Source: Lentimicrobiaceae bacterium (lineage in GTDB: Bacteria; Bacteroidota; Bacteroidia; Bacteroidales; UBA4417). From it: DNA of 64,000 nt. Made by a program: the position numbers and the translations under genes. Of this stretch, positions 26,201 through 35,096 are shown one piece after another (the first letter of the stretch is position 1; the number at the start of each line of letters is the position of its first letter). The DNA is taken from NCBI GenBank assembly GCA_028697555.1, contig JAQVEX010000001.1:4585-68584 (forward strand). Direction: 5' to 3'. The notes below the pieces were generated by a model. It made no database searches. It was not told the DNA's origin and saw only the letters and a list, made by a program, of their open reading frames with translations.

Positions 26201-26583
26201 GTAATTACGGAATCATTTTAGAAGGAGCTCATAAAGATGGTACTATAAACGACAAAGTTGTACACTACTATTATAAATATTTGCCTAACATGGGAGGTTG
26301 GGGCAATTATCTGACAAAACCAGGAATTATAGAAAACACATGGGTGAAAATGCGAGAACTATCAATTGTTTACAAAGTACCGTATAAGTTTATTAAAAAA
26401 CAGAATGTATTTCAAGACTTGCAACTTTCTATTGTAGGTCGCGATTTATTTTACTTTTATAAAACCCTGCCCGATAATATTAACCCCGAAGGTACTATCG
26501 GTACGGGTAATGCTCAAGGATTGGAGTATGCTTCCTATCCGGGCACTCGTTCATTTATTTTCTCAATTAAAGCCAGTTTCTAA
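23278..26583 (+). CDS. SusC/RagA-family TonB-dependent outer-membrane transporter
   Basis: 1101 aa with a signal peptide. Carboxypeptidase-regulatory-like domain (VSGTVISGDDDLTLPGVTIQIKG) and plug (NILKGPAAAALYGSRGGNGVVLITTKKG). Ends in a terminal Phe. No STN/anti-sigma signalling extension. Confidence 0.9.
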   Translation: MKRIITPLLIAISLLFSQVALSQIISVSGTVISGDDDLTLPGVTIQIKGQPGVGTISDIDGKYNIQVDSKGTLVFSYIGFETLEVPVKGRNTIDIVLAVDSKVLGEVVVTALGIKRQKRELGYSTDEIDGDLIAQSGSDNVISALSGRSAGIQIVNPTGVDGSSSRILIRGNNSITGNNQPLIVVDGVPMSNEGGISSWEGGRDWGTALNNINQEDIEDINILKGPAAAALYGSRGGNGVVLITTKKGKKQSGLGVNYSMSYRITTPYLYREVQNKYGAGCPASFNKPVLQKNNDGVYIYPGIYNTDDGPEGEPTNTTFGYYGSSVSWGPEMDGTEILWWDGVMRKYSPQPDNISRLFKNGGSLTNNISISNAGEFGSVRVSLTDQRSDAIIDNTNLRQTTVNVGTSLNVSKKIKSDISFTYLDYSRLNSPEIGESYSNFSKGLLYGWPRSWKGLEYEKYENPDGSMFDWGNYAYSTYFPYMYSSTFWSFYNNNTTLNRKKVFGSIRLSYDINDWLKATGKIGVDFSLDEMETRNKPTMPDGITGGAYSNGLTRNYTMNSDFLITAYKNNLFGLKINASLSAGAEMLYVNNYNINGRSGTWVYPNLYTFYNYTHTHQVPGEWRYEKQVNSTYMFFNLGYDDFLFLDVTGRNDWSSTLPSNNNSYFYPSVTLSFIPTEAFEEINWYPVTFFKLRGAFAMTASDDEPYKLDFTYSTGNFAGASSASLPWLVPPLALKPQRQKSWEVGTNIELINKLDFDFTYYYIYAWDQIFDSPLTNSSGAASVRTNSGVVTNRGLEGVLNYKIIERADLWLKSGINFARNRNKIDDLGGANIYILTSLWGNNGPAIAVTEGDYYGTIYGWDYVYSYVDDNGETIGPFYDANGKALPLLNDKGTEYLKTDSRVAVGNSAPFITGGLNFALGWNNFTISGLIDTKIGGDIYCGSYVIAMQTGQSPETLHERDGNGLPYYDEDGNFIGNYGIILEGAHKDGTINDKVVHYYYKYLPNMGGWGNYLTKPGIIENTWVKMRELSIVYKVPYKFIKKQNVFQDLQLSIVGRDLFYFYKTLPDNINPEGTIGTGNAQGLEYASYPGTRSFIFSIKASF

Positions 26584-26601
26584 CCAAAAATATTACACAA
26601 C

Positions 26602-28263
26602 ATGAAAAAGTTTATCACATATATAGCTTGCGCAACATTACTGTTAGCATCTTGTACAAAAGGGTTTGAAGAAATGAATAAAAACCCTACAACTCCTACC
26701 GGAACCGATATTCCATCGTTGTTTAACGGCGCTGTGTCGTCATTACTTTTAGGTTGGAACGAACAATTTTATTTAAGCAACGAAATATTTTATCCCGAAA
26801 CGGAACTTGCAGCCTTATCGGCAGAAGCTTGGGGTAATTACTCTATAGGAACAGAAGAAATTTGGAGAAATTACTATGCGGGATTGGCAAACATAAATGA
26901 CTTATCAGCCCGATTAGACAAGCTATGCAACGATAGTGCCGACCAGGAAATTGCTGACTACGTCAAAGCTCAGGTTATAGTCTTAAAAGCGTATAAAACT
27001 TTTAAAGTTACTGATATCTTCGGAGATATTCCTTATTCGGAAGCAGGAAAAATTTGGTTGCAAACCGATAATCCTAACTATCGACAGCCAAAATTCGATT
27101 CGCAAGAATCTATTTATAGATCTCTTTTAACAGAACTTGTTTGGGCTAGAGACTTTTTTGGAGATGCTCCTACCAAAACCGCTTTAAACCACAATTATTA
27201 CACAATTCCGGCTACTCACGACAATTTATTCGGCAATAATTGGTCGTCGTGGGAAGTGTTTGCAAATGCTCTGATACTACGTCATGGACTTCGTATGTAC
27301 GACAAAGACCCTGACTTCGCAAAGCCTTTATTGGTAAAAGCCTTCAGTAAGCCCGAGATTGCTGCATTTGCCGACATATGTATGTGGCCCCAAAAATTAA
27401 ATATTACCAATACCAGCGCGCATTGGTCGTTTTACGAACACAGAAATTTAAGAATGGGCGAAACAGCTTGGTCGCGAATGTACGACTCTACTTCTACGCT
27501 CCCGAATGGCATTTTCGATTACAGAGCGTACATATTTTTCGACACCGACAATTATTCTGCCGAAAATCCTAAAGGTAAGTGGGTTCCTTTCCCTCAAATA
27601 AAAGATGAAAACACTCCAAACGCAACAGGAGCACCATACTCAGGTTCAAGGTCATCGAACTTTTGGTTCAAACCTCAATGTAATTTTTCGCCTATTAATT
27701 ACTATCTGATAAGAGATGAAAATTACATTCCCGAAATACTTTTTACAGCTGCCGATTTAGCTTTTATTAAAGCTGAAATCCTTGCCCGAAATATAGTACC
27801 AGGCTCCGCTATGGAAATTGATATGATGCTTACTTCCGGCATCAAAAAGTCTTTTTACTTCTGGAACCAAATGCCTGATAATAGCCCGATTTGGACTGAA
27901 ACCTGGGATGCATACGCCGAACAGCAGCAGCTTGGAATAGATGCTAAAGCTCAAAATATGGCTTCGTATGTAATGAACCATTACTACGAGATCAACGGAT
28001 GGGTAATTCCTCAAGAAAAATACTTGGAATACATTATTGAACAACGCTGGATAAACTTGTTCCGTCAGCCTTGGGAGGCTTGGTGTCTTGCCAGACGAAC
28101 ATTCCAAACGCCTACAACTACAAACCATGCTAAACTTAAATCGTATCGTTTGCCGTATCCGCCTAGCGAAGTAGAATACAATAAAGAAAATTATCTACAG
28201 CAATTAAACAACATGTCTAATGGCGATACTCGTTCTACCAAAGTGTGGTGGATGACTAAGTAA
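26602..28263 (+). CDS. SusD/RagB-family nutrient-binding lipoprotein
   Basis: 553 aa. Lipobox LLASC. Lies 18 nt downstream of SusC. TPR-like helical composition typical of SusD. Confidence 0.85.
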   Translation: MKKFITYIACATLLLASCTKGFEEMNKNPTTPTGTDIPSLFNGAVSSLLLGWNEQFYLSNEIFYPETELAALSAEAWGNYSIGTEEIWRNYYAGLANINDLSARLDKLCNDSADQEIADYVKAQVIVLKAYKTFKVTDIFGDIPYSEAGKIWLQTDNPNYRQPKFDSQESIYRSLLTELVWARDFFGDAPTKTALNHNYYTIPATHDNLFGNNWSSWEVFANALILRHGLRMYDKDPDFAKPLLVKAFSKPEIAAFADICMWPQKLNITNTSAHWSFYEHRNLRMGETAWSRMYDSTSTLPNGIFDYRAYIFFDTDNYSAENPKGKWVPFPQIKDENTPNATGAPYSGSRSSNFWFKPQCNFSPINYYLIRDENYIPEILFTAADLAFIKAEILARNIVPGSAMEIDMMLTSGIKKSFYFWNQMPDNSPIWTETWDAYAEQQQLGIDAKAQNMASYVMNHYYEINGWVIPQEKYLEYIIEQRWINLFRQPWEAWCLARRTFQTPTTTNHAKLKSYRLPYPPSEVEYNKENYLQQLNNMSNGDTRSTKVWWMTK

Positions 28264-28322
28264 AACAACCCATTTTGTCAATTAAAATGATTAAACAATA
28301 TATTAACCTAAAAACAAATATC

Positions 28323-30884
28323 ATGAGAAAATTACTTACACTTATTTTCAGCTTAATGTTTATAAGTCTTTCCGCACAGGTTGAGTACTTGTACGACTTT
28401 AATAGTCTGCAAACGGGTACTAAATGTTTGAACGGACAAGACAGCTGGGTTACGCATTACCAAACGGCGTCAACATCTCCCGATTTTGATGTCGATTATG
28501 TATGCGGAGACCTTACAACTCCCGACGAAACAATAGGGATATTCTATCCTTATGGCGGACCAGGTATTGGTCGCACTGCAACCAGAAAAGCTACACCTAA
28601 CTTCAATTTCAACTTCCAAGACGGTGGTATTATGGATTTGGAAATGGATATGACCGATGTGTGGTGGGGAGCGTACTTTGGTGTTGGCTACGACGGAAAC
28701 GGGGACGGACACATTTTGGTCGGAATGACCGATGAAGACGGTGGAATTTTTATCAGAAATGCAGGTAGCGGTAACAATTACCACCCAAATTTAGTGCTAC
28801 CCGACGGCACTTCTATTCCTATTCCGTCTTTTACACAAAGCGGTTGGGCTCGTTACAAAATGTCCTTCGATTTTAATGCCTATAACGGACAAGGTTCTGT
28901 AACTGTATTTGTTAAGCCCGGGTGCGAAGGTCAATGGCTACAGCTATCAGAAGTTACCGAAGTTAATATGGGATTAACTCCCGGCTCAGGTGATAAATTC
29001 GATTATGGAGTATGGGACGGCTTATTTTTCCACTGCCAAGGTGGAACGGGAGGTTTCGACAACTTGTTGGTCAGACAAATGCCTCAAGGAAACGTGCAAT
29101 ACATCAGTATGGACGAAATTCCTAAGCAACTGATTACCAATCCTCCAATCACTCTTCAGGCTACTGCAACATCGGGTTTACCTGTTACTTTCGAATTGAT
29201 TAGCGGACCCGCAACAATAAACGGTAATATACTCACTCTTACAGGAGAAGTTGGAACCGTTAATATTAAAGCCATGCAAGGCGGCGATGCTACTTGGTTA
29301 CCGGCTCCCGACGTGTATAAAACTTTTGATGTCATCGACCCTATGGCTTATACGCCCGAAGTTAAAATTAGAAGACCTTACAACGACACAAAAGTTTATA
29401 TGCCCGAACTTAACCCGACAATGATTGTCGTTAGCGCTTATATAGAACACAGCGATGCACTTAAAATTGAAAAAGTTATGTGCAACGTCGATGGACAAGA
29501 TTTAGAAGCTTTTACTTACCACCCCGATGACCCGACAAATGGATATTTCTCGGTGCTTTGGACACCTTCTGACTTTGGCAATTATACGCTTAACGTCGAT
29601 GTTACCACAACGGGAGGAAAGGTTACATCTGCCGTAAGTAGTTTTGAAGTAACCAACAATTACCAAACCATGGATGTCCTGACAATTTGTGGTGATTTAA
29701 TTTGTTCTCCGGGCGTTACATCGGCAAAAGGCGAATATGTTATTCCTTCACACGTTGGAGCATTTAATAAAATAACCGCATTTTACGACCATAATTGCGT
29801 CAACGGCAATTGCGATACCTACGATAGAGTTGGTGGTGTTAATATCAGAAATTATCGTGGCGAATGGATGGAGCTTTTCAGATATATTTCTCCTTTCGGA
29901 GTTCAGTGCGAAGATAACCTCGACGTTAGCGACTACACATCTCTATTACAGGGCTTGGTTGAACTTGAGTTTTACTTCATTACTTGGAATGGCTCAGGAT
30001 ACAATCCAAATCTAACATTTACTTTCGAGAAAGGTAATCCGGAATATAAATATATTGATATTACCGAAGTATGGAATGAAACGTATCCCTTTGGCGATTA
30101 TGCCAACCAATCACCCATACATCCGGTTGACTTTAAATTCTCGCCGGAAGCTCAAAAAGCTAAACTTAAACTAACCTCTACAGGTCATAACTGGAGTAGT
30201 AATACCGCTCCAAATTACACTTATAATACAGGCAATGCAGCCGAATTTTACGAAGCAACTCACAACATTCTTATTGATGGAGCTATAAAATTCACTCAAC
30301 ATTTATGGCCCCAGTCAGGTAGTTGTTCACCAAATCCGGCAGGTTGTCAACCTCAAAACGGAACATGGACGTTTCCTCGCGCAGGTTGGTGTCCGGGATC
30401 AATAGCTATGGTTTGGGATTATGATTTGACCGACCAATTGAGCAAAAATTCAATTAATATCAACTATCAGTTCGATCCGGATTATTTGGACTTATGTCAC
30501 CCAAATCATCCCGACTGTATCGACGGTCAAACCTGTACCAAATGCGATGCTCCTGATAATCCAATTATTCAGGTTGCCGGAAAAGTACTTTCGTACAGCA
30601 ACAATAGTAGTATTTTTACAAATATCAATGAACCATTTATTCCGTTTAAACCTTCTTTCAAAGTTGATATTTCGCCAAATCCGGCTTCCAATTCCGTACT
30701 TCTATCATCAAATTACAACAAAGGAAAACTTAGTGTACATATATTGGATATGAACGGTAAAGAAGTTGATAGATTTGTTTTCAATAATTCTAAGATTCTT
30801 GACGTTTCGAAGTATCAAAAAGGAACCTACATTGTGTATATTATAGGCGATACAATGATAAGTAAAAAATTAATAATTATGTAA
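28323..30884 (+). CDS. multidomain T9SS cargo protein with PNGase F-like (peptide-N4-(N-acetyl-beta-glucosaminyl)asparagine amidase) catalytic region, paralog 1
   Basis: ORF 28275..30884; start set at ATG 28323 (MRKLLTLIFSLMFISLSAQ). The C-terminal half aligns by eye to Elizabethkingia PNGase F: NCVNGNCDTYDRV vs ECPNKTCDEWDRY, DVSDYTSLLQG vs DVTDFKSLLSG, GNPEYKY vs GTPDYKY, AAEFYEATH vs CAEWCFRTH, PRAGWCPG vs DRAGWCPG. C-terminal SPNPASNSVLL...KGTYIVYI is a T9SS type-A domain. Confidence 0.7.
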   Translation: MRKLLTLIFSLMFISLSAQVEYLYDFNSLQTGTKCLNGQDSWVTHYQTASTSPDFDVDYVCGDLTTPDETIGIFYPYGGPGIGRTATRKATPNFNFNFQDGGIMDLEMDMTDVWWGAYFGVGYDGNGDGHILVGMTDEDGGIFIRNAGSGNNYHPNLVLPDGTSIPIPSFTQSGWARYKMSFDFNAYNGQGSVTVFVKPGCEGQWLQLSEVTEVNMGLTPGSGDKFDYGVWDGLFFHCQGGTGGFDNLLVRQMPQGNVQYISMDEIPKQLITNPPITLQATATSGLPVTFELISGPATINGNILTLTGEVGTVNIKAMQGGDATWLPAPDVYKTFDVIDPMAYTPEVKIRRPYNDTKVYMPELNPTMIVVSAYIEHSDALKIEKVMCNVDGQDLEAFTYHPDDPTNGYFSVLWTPSDFGNYTLNVDVTTTGGKVTSAVSSFEVTNNYQTMDVLTICGDLICSPGVTSAKGEYVIPSHVGAFNKITAFYDHNCVNGNCDTYDRVGGVNIRNYRGEWMELFRYISPFGVQCEDNLDVSDYTSLLQGLVELEFYFITWNGSGYNPNLTFTFEKGNPEYKYIDITEVWNETYPFGDYANQSPIHPVDFKFSPEAQKAKLKLTSTGHNWSSNTAPNYTYNTGNAAEFYEATHNILIDGAIKFTQHLWPQSGSCSPNPAGCQPQNGTWTFPRAGWCPGSIAMVWDYDLTDQLSKNSININYQFDPDYLDLCHPNHPDCIDGQTCTKCDAPDNPIIQVAGKVLSYSNNSSIFTNINEPFIPFKPSFKVDISPNPASNSVLLSSNYNKGKLSVHILDMNGKEVDRFVFNNSKILDVSKYQKGTYIVYIIGDTMISKKLIIM

Positions 30885-30909
30885 AACCACATTTTAATAA
30901 TTAAGTGAT

Positions 30910-33507
30910 ATGAAAAAAATAACCTTTTTAATATTGATATTAACTTTAATATCGAGTGTAGTGTTTTCTCAGACTACAACCACGTACACATTTAACGATC
31001 TTAACGTTGGACCTTTAAACGGTCAGGATAATTGGGTTTCGGTTAAACATAGTGCCGGTGGCGGTGTCAACGAAGTAGATTATATTGGACCTCAGGGTGT
31101 CGTTACTCCAGACCAATCTTTGGGTGTGTTTTTCAAACATGCCAATACCAATTATGGAGAAGTTGCGACAAGAAAATCTACTTCAAATTTTAATTTCGAC
31201 TTTTCGCAAGGCGGAATCATCCAATTGGAATTGGATTTGAGTAACTGTAACTATTGGGGATATGCATTCGGCTTGGGCTACGATGCCGACCAAAATGGAA
31301 CGCTACTGCCACCAATGATATACGAGGCGGTTTATCCCAACCCAAACCTTCCCACACAAGATGGAGGTATATATTTGGTTCTTACAGCTCACAAGGATGA
31401 TAACGATCCCAGATTTCACTGCGGTATTGTTTTGCCCAACAATACGATGCCTGTCGAGTTTAAACTTCCGGACAGAGAATCATGGATGCGTTTCAGAATC
31501 TTTATAGATTTAGAAGCTAACAACGGTTCCGGAAGTGTTGCTTTGTTCCTTGATAATGGAATTACAGGAGAATTTCAGCCCATACCTGAAATTCAGGGCA
31601 TAGATGCAGGTCTAACACCCGGTTCGGGCGATAGATTTGACCCGAATGTTTGGGATGCGGTATTCTTCTTAAGCAGTAGCCATGGAGGTTTCGACAACTT
31701 TACAGTTACTCAAATTCCGGCAGGATTGCAAACTCAATTTATTAACTTCCCAACAATCCCCGATAAACTAATATCGGCAGAACCTTTTACGGTATCAGCC
31801 ACATGTACATCAGGATTGCCAATATCTTATGAAATTGTTAGCGGACCTGCTACCATCGATGGCGACCTTGTTACTTTGACCGGAGACCCGGGAATTGTTA
31901 GAATTAAAGCTTCACAAGGAGGAAATAGTACGTGGTTAGCTGCTCCCGATGTTATTCAACAGTTTGAAGTTGTTGACCCTTCGGCTTTTGTGCCCGAGAT
32001 AAAAATCAGAAGACCATACGATGGAACCAAGGTATATGCCGAAACACTCGACCCACTACTTATGGTTGTTTCGGTCGATATTGAACACCCCGATGTGATT
32101 CTTGTCGAAAATATGGAATTTAATATTAACGGACAGATAGTAAAATGTAAAAATGCCGGCAATAACTATTTTACAGCGCTTTGGGAACAACCGACGTACG
32201 GAACACACATAGCTAACTTGTCAACTACAATGTCGGGCGACAATACTTACGTTACACAAGCAAGCTTTGAAGTAGTTTCGCAAACAAACAACTATGAAGT
32301 ATTAACTTTTGATGGAAGTTTCCATATTTCACCAACCAACCATACAGTTACTGGCGAATTTGTATTCCCAACGTTTATAGGAGGTTACAACGAAATTAAT
32401 GCATTTTTGGATATGAATTGTGCACCCGGCGGTTGCGACACATACGATAGAGTTGGAAGAGTTAAAGCTAAAAATATACACGGTGATTATGTAGAATTGT
32501 TTAAGTACATCACACCTTTCGGAGTGCCATGTAGCGATGCAGTCGAGCTTACTGATTACTCTTCCGTGCTTCAAGGGTTGGTTGAATTTACTTTTGAAGT
32601 CGTAACATGGAACAGTGGTGGATATTTGCCGGTTTTGAATTTTGAATTTATTAAAGGAACTCCTGAATACAAATATTCTGATGTTGTTGAGATATGGAAT
32701 GGCAGGTTTGATTTCGGCGATTATATCAACCTTCAACCTGTGCCACCAATTCAATGGACTTTCAATCCTAATGCAAAAAAATCATCACTCATAGTAAGCA
32801 CTACCGGACACAATTGGAGTAGCAATACTGCACCAAATTATTCGGTTAATACCGGTAATGCTGCCGAATTTTACGAAGCTACACACCATATTAATATAGA
32901 CGGAATAAAAGAGTTTGTACAGCATTTGTGGCCCCAAAGTGGGACTTGTACACCTAATCCGGCAGGTTGTCAACCTCAAAACGGAACATGGACATTTCCT
33001 CGTGCAGGCTGGTGTCCTGGTTCTATTGCTATGATTTGGAATTGGGATTTAACTCAATTTATTAGCAACGGCTCAATAGATATGGAATACATTTTTGACC
33101 CTGATTACGTCGACCTTTGCCATCCAAATCACCCCGATTGTGTTGACGGAACAAATGGATGTCCAAACTGTGCCGCACCCGACAATCCAATATTGGACGT
33201 TTCTGCTAAAATTGTTACATATAGCAATAATAGTAGCTTATACGTAGGAAATAACGATTATAAGGTTATTGATAACTTAATTTCTTTCAACCTATATCCT
33301 AACCCTGCAAATCAAAAAGTTTTAATTACTGCAGATAATATAGACAAAGTTTTTTCAGCCAATATTATCAATTTCTTAGGTCAAACTGTAAAAACCTTCC
33401 AATTCGTAGGTTCAAAAATTATAGATATTTCAGACCTTCCAAAAGGTATTTACATTGTAAATATTGTAGGACAGAGATCGGCATCGAAGAAACTTGTTGT
33501 TAACTAG
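30910..33507 (+). CDS. multidomain T9SS cargo protein with PNGase F-like catalytic region, paralog 2
   Basis: 865 aa, collinear with paralog 1 and carrying the same PNGase F-like motifs (NCAPGGCDTYDRV, AAEFYEATH, PRAGWCPG). C-terminal YPNPANQKVLI...KGIYIVNI sorting domain. Its stop codon TAG is the first 3 nt of a heptamer array. Confidence 0.7.
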   Translation: MKKITFLILILTLISSVVFSQTTTTYTFNDLNVGPLNGQDNWVSVKHSAGGGVNEVDYIGPQGVVTPDQSLGVFFKHANTNYGEVATRKSTSNFNFDFSQGGIIQLELDLSNCNYWGYAFGLGYDADQNGTLLPPMIYEAVYPNPNLPTQDGGIYLVLTAHKDDNDPRFHCGIVLPNNTMPVEFKLPDRESWMRFRIFIDLEANNGSGSVALFLDNGITGEFQPIPEIQGIDAGLTPGSGDRFDPNVWDAVFFLSSSHGGFDNFTVTQIPAGLQTQFINFPTIPDKLISAEPFTVSATCTSGLPISYEIVSGPATIDGDLVTLTGDPGIVRIKASQGGNSTWLAAPDVIQQFEVVDPSAFVPEIKIRRPYDGTKVYAETLDPLLMVVSVDIEHPDVILVENMEFNINGQIVKCKNAGNNYFTALWEQPTYGTHIANLSTTMSGDNTYVTQASFEVVSQTNNYEVLTFDGSFHISPTNHTVTGEFVFPTFIGGYNEINAFLDMNCAPGGCDTYDRVGRVKAKNIHGDYVELFKYITPFGVPCSDAVELTDYSSVLQGLVEFTFEVVTWNSGGYLPVLNFEFIKGTPEYKYSDVVEIWNGRFDFGDYINLQPVPPIQWTFNPNAKKSSLIVSTTGHNWSSNTAPNYSVNTGNAAEFYEATHHINIDGIKEFVQHLWPQSGTCTPNPAGCQPQNGTWTFPRAGWCPGSIAMIWNWDLTQFISNGSIDMEYIFDPDYVDLCHPNHPDCVDGTNGCPNCAAPDNPILDVSAKIVTYSNNSSLYVGNNDYKVIDNLISFNLYPNPANQKVLITADNIDKVFSANIINFLGQTVKTFQFVGSKIIDISDLPKGIYIVNIVGQRSASKKLVVN

Positions 33508-33581
33508 CCTTTAGCTTTTGGCTTTTAGCCATTGGCTAAGAAAGCTAACAGCTAACAGCTAATAGCTAAAAGCTAATTGAT
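33505..33581. repeat. heptamer array, 11 units forming two reverse-complementary arms; starts on the stop codon of PNGase-like paralog 2
   Basis: TAGCCTT TAGCTTT TGGCTTT TAGCCAT TGGCTAA GAAAGCT AACAGCT AACAGCT AATAGCT AAAAGCT AATTGAT. Confidence 0.85.
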
Positions 33582-33622
33582 TTATAGCAAACCTTATTGT
33601 TGCTTTTCTGGACTTCAACAAG

Positions 33623-35041
33623 TTAGAATCTAAGTCCGAATGTTAAGTAAATTGAGTTGGAGGATATATTCTGATTTGCAACAGGAGCAATATCGTACAT
33701 ATAAAAATCTTCTTTGCTTTTTTGTAGTTGATAAGCTATATCTACGAAGTAATTTCTTTCTCTAACACCAAATCCTACCGAATATGCTTTCATTGCTCCC
33801 AATTTGTCATTATCGGCGTATGGTGAGCCATAATAAGCGAATCCACCTCTTAAGGCAAATATCATAAAACGGTATTCAGCTCCAAATCGGAAGTTATGAG
33901 AGGGTTTAAATACTCTTTCTATTTTGCTATTCTCATCAATAAAAGCGTAAGTATCCGAACGTAAGTTAGCTTTTGAGTAATCAGTATATTCGTAGTCGCC
34001 TGAAATAATAGCATGTTGACCAATTATAAAAGCCATACTTCCAATAGCTCTTAACGGAGTGTTAATTCTGTAATCGAATTTACCTTTCGGCGAATCTTTT
34101 TTGGATTTAAAACCGTTGTCAAATTCTGAAGTAACAGTGCTGTTCCATTCGTCGGTTATATCATAGTACGCGGTAGGAGTGTGTATGGCTGCACCTATAC
34201 GCATAAAGTTGGTAGGTTGTACTATTACACCTAACTTAGCATTAATTCCCGAGCCGTCAGTATTTAATTTCTCCCTTAAACTCATAGCTTTGAAGTATCT
34301 TATATTATCAGTATCGTCGGTTTCAGTCAAAAAACCATTTTCGGTGTATGTAATATTTGTCAAGCCCAACGAAAATCCCAAAAACACGTAGTTGTGAATA
34401 TTTACACTTGCACTAAAATTAGTTTCGCTTACTCCACCCGTTCTTTTTATGGTTTTGGTTTGCGTAATACCTTGTCCTTGAGCCATGTCAATTACATACA
34501 TGTTGGTAGCAGTGTCTTCATAAATTAGTTCTGTGCTTACAGCCAATTCGTTTCCAAAGGGATCGCTAATACCTGAGTTTAGTTTATCTCTGTAGGAGGT
34601 AAGTATCGAATTCTGGTCGTTATAACCTCTAAAAAGAACACGATTACTAAAAGTGTTTGTACTATTAACTCCGATTCCAAGTTGTACAGAAACGGGTTTG
34701 TTTTCGTCAACAACATATACAAAAGATGCATTGCCTAAATACATAGTACTTCTATTGTCCGAATGGCTTTCGTTTAGGAAATTTGATTTAGTTGATGAAA
34801 AGTTTAGAAAGGGTGAAATCAAAAATTCTCCTTGGCGGTACAGCCCCATACCTGCGGGGTTTTGGACAGTAGCCGAATAATCTGCGCCAACAGCGCCGAA
34901 AGCTCCTCCCATAGATACAAAGCGAGCTGAACCACTATAGTTAAAACGCGAATACCTTAAGGCATCCATTTCATTTTGTGCTGATAATAATCCGCTTATT
35001 ACCAGAAAAATCATTAATAAGTTAATTTTTAAAAATCTCAT
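33623..35041 (-). CDS. FadL/PorV-like outer-membrane beta-barrel protein
   Basis: 472 aa with a signal peptide. N-terminal DALRYS...ARFVSMGGAFGAVGADYSATVQNPAGMGLY resembles the hatch region (NPAG) of FadL/TodX/PorV-type barrels. C-terminal LTFGLRF. Confidence 0.55.
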   Translation of the reverse strand: MRFLKINLLMIFLVISGLLSAQNEMDALRYSRFNYSGSARFVSMGGAFGAVGADYSATVQNPAGMGLYRQGEFLISPFLNFSSTKSNFLNESHSDNRSTMYLGNASFVYVVDENKPVSVQLGIGVNSTNTFSNRVLFRGYNDQNSILTSYRDKLNSGISDPFGNELAVSTELIYEDTATNMYVIDMAQGQGITQTKTIKRTGGVSETNFSASVNIHNYVFLGFSLGLTNITYTENGFLTETDDTDNIRYFKAMSLREKLNTDGSGINAKLGVIVQPTNFMRIGAAIHTPTAYYDITDEWNSTVTSEFDNGFKSKKDSPKGKFDYRINTPLRAIGSMAFIIGQHAIISGDYEYTDYSKANLRSDTYAFIDENSKIERVFKPSHNFRFGAEYRFMIFALRGGFAYYGSPYADNDKLGAMKAYSVGFGVRERNYFVDIAYQLQKSKEDFYMYDIAPVANQNISSNSIYLTFGLRF

Positions 35042-35096
35042 GATAATTTATTTTTGGGGTTTAGTTTTTATTTTACTATTAGTTACTTTTATAAAA

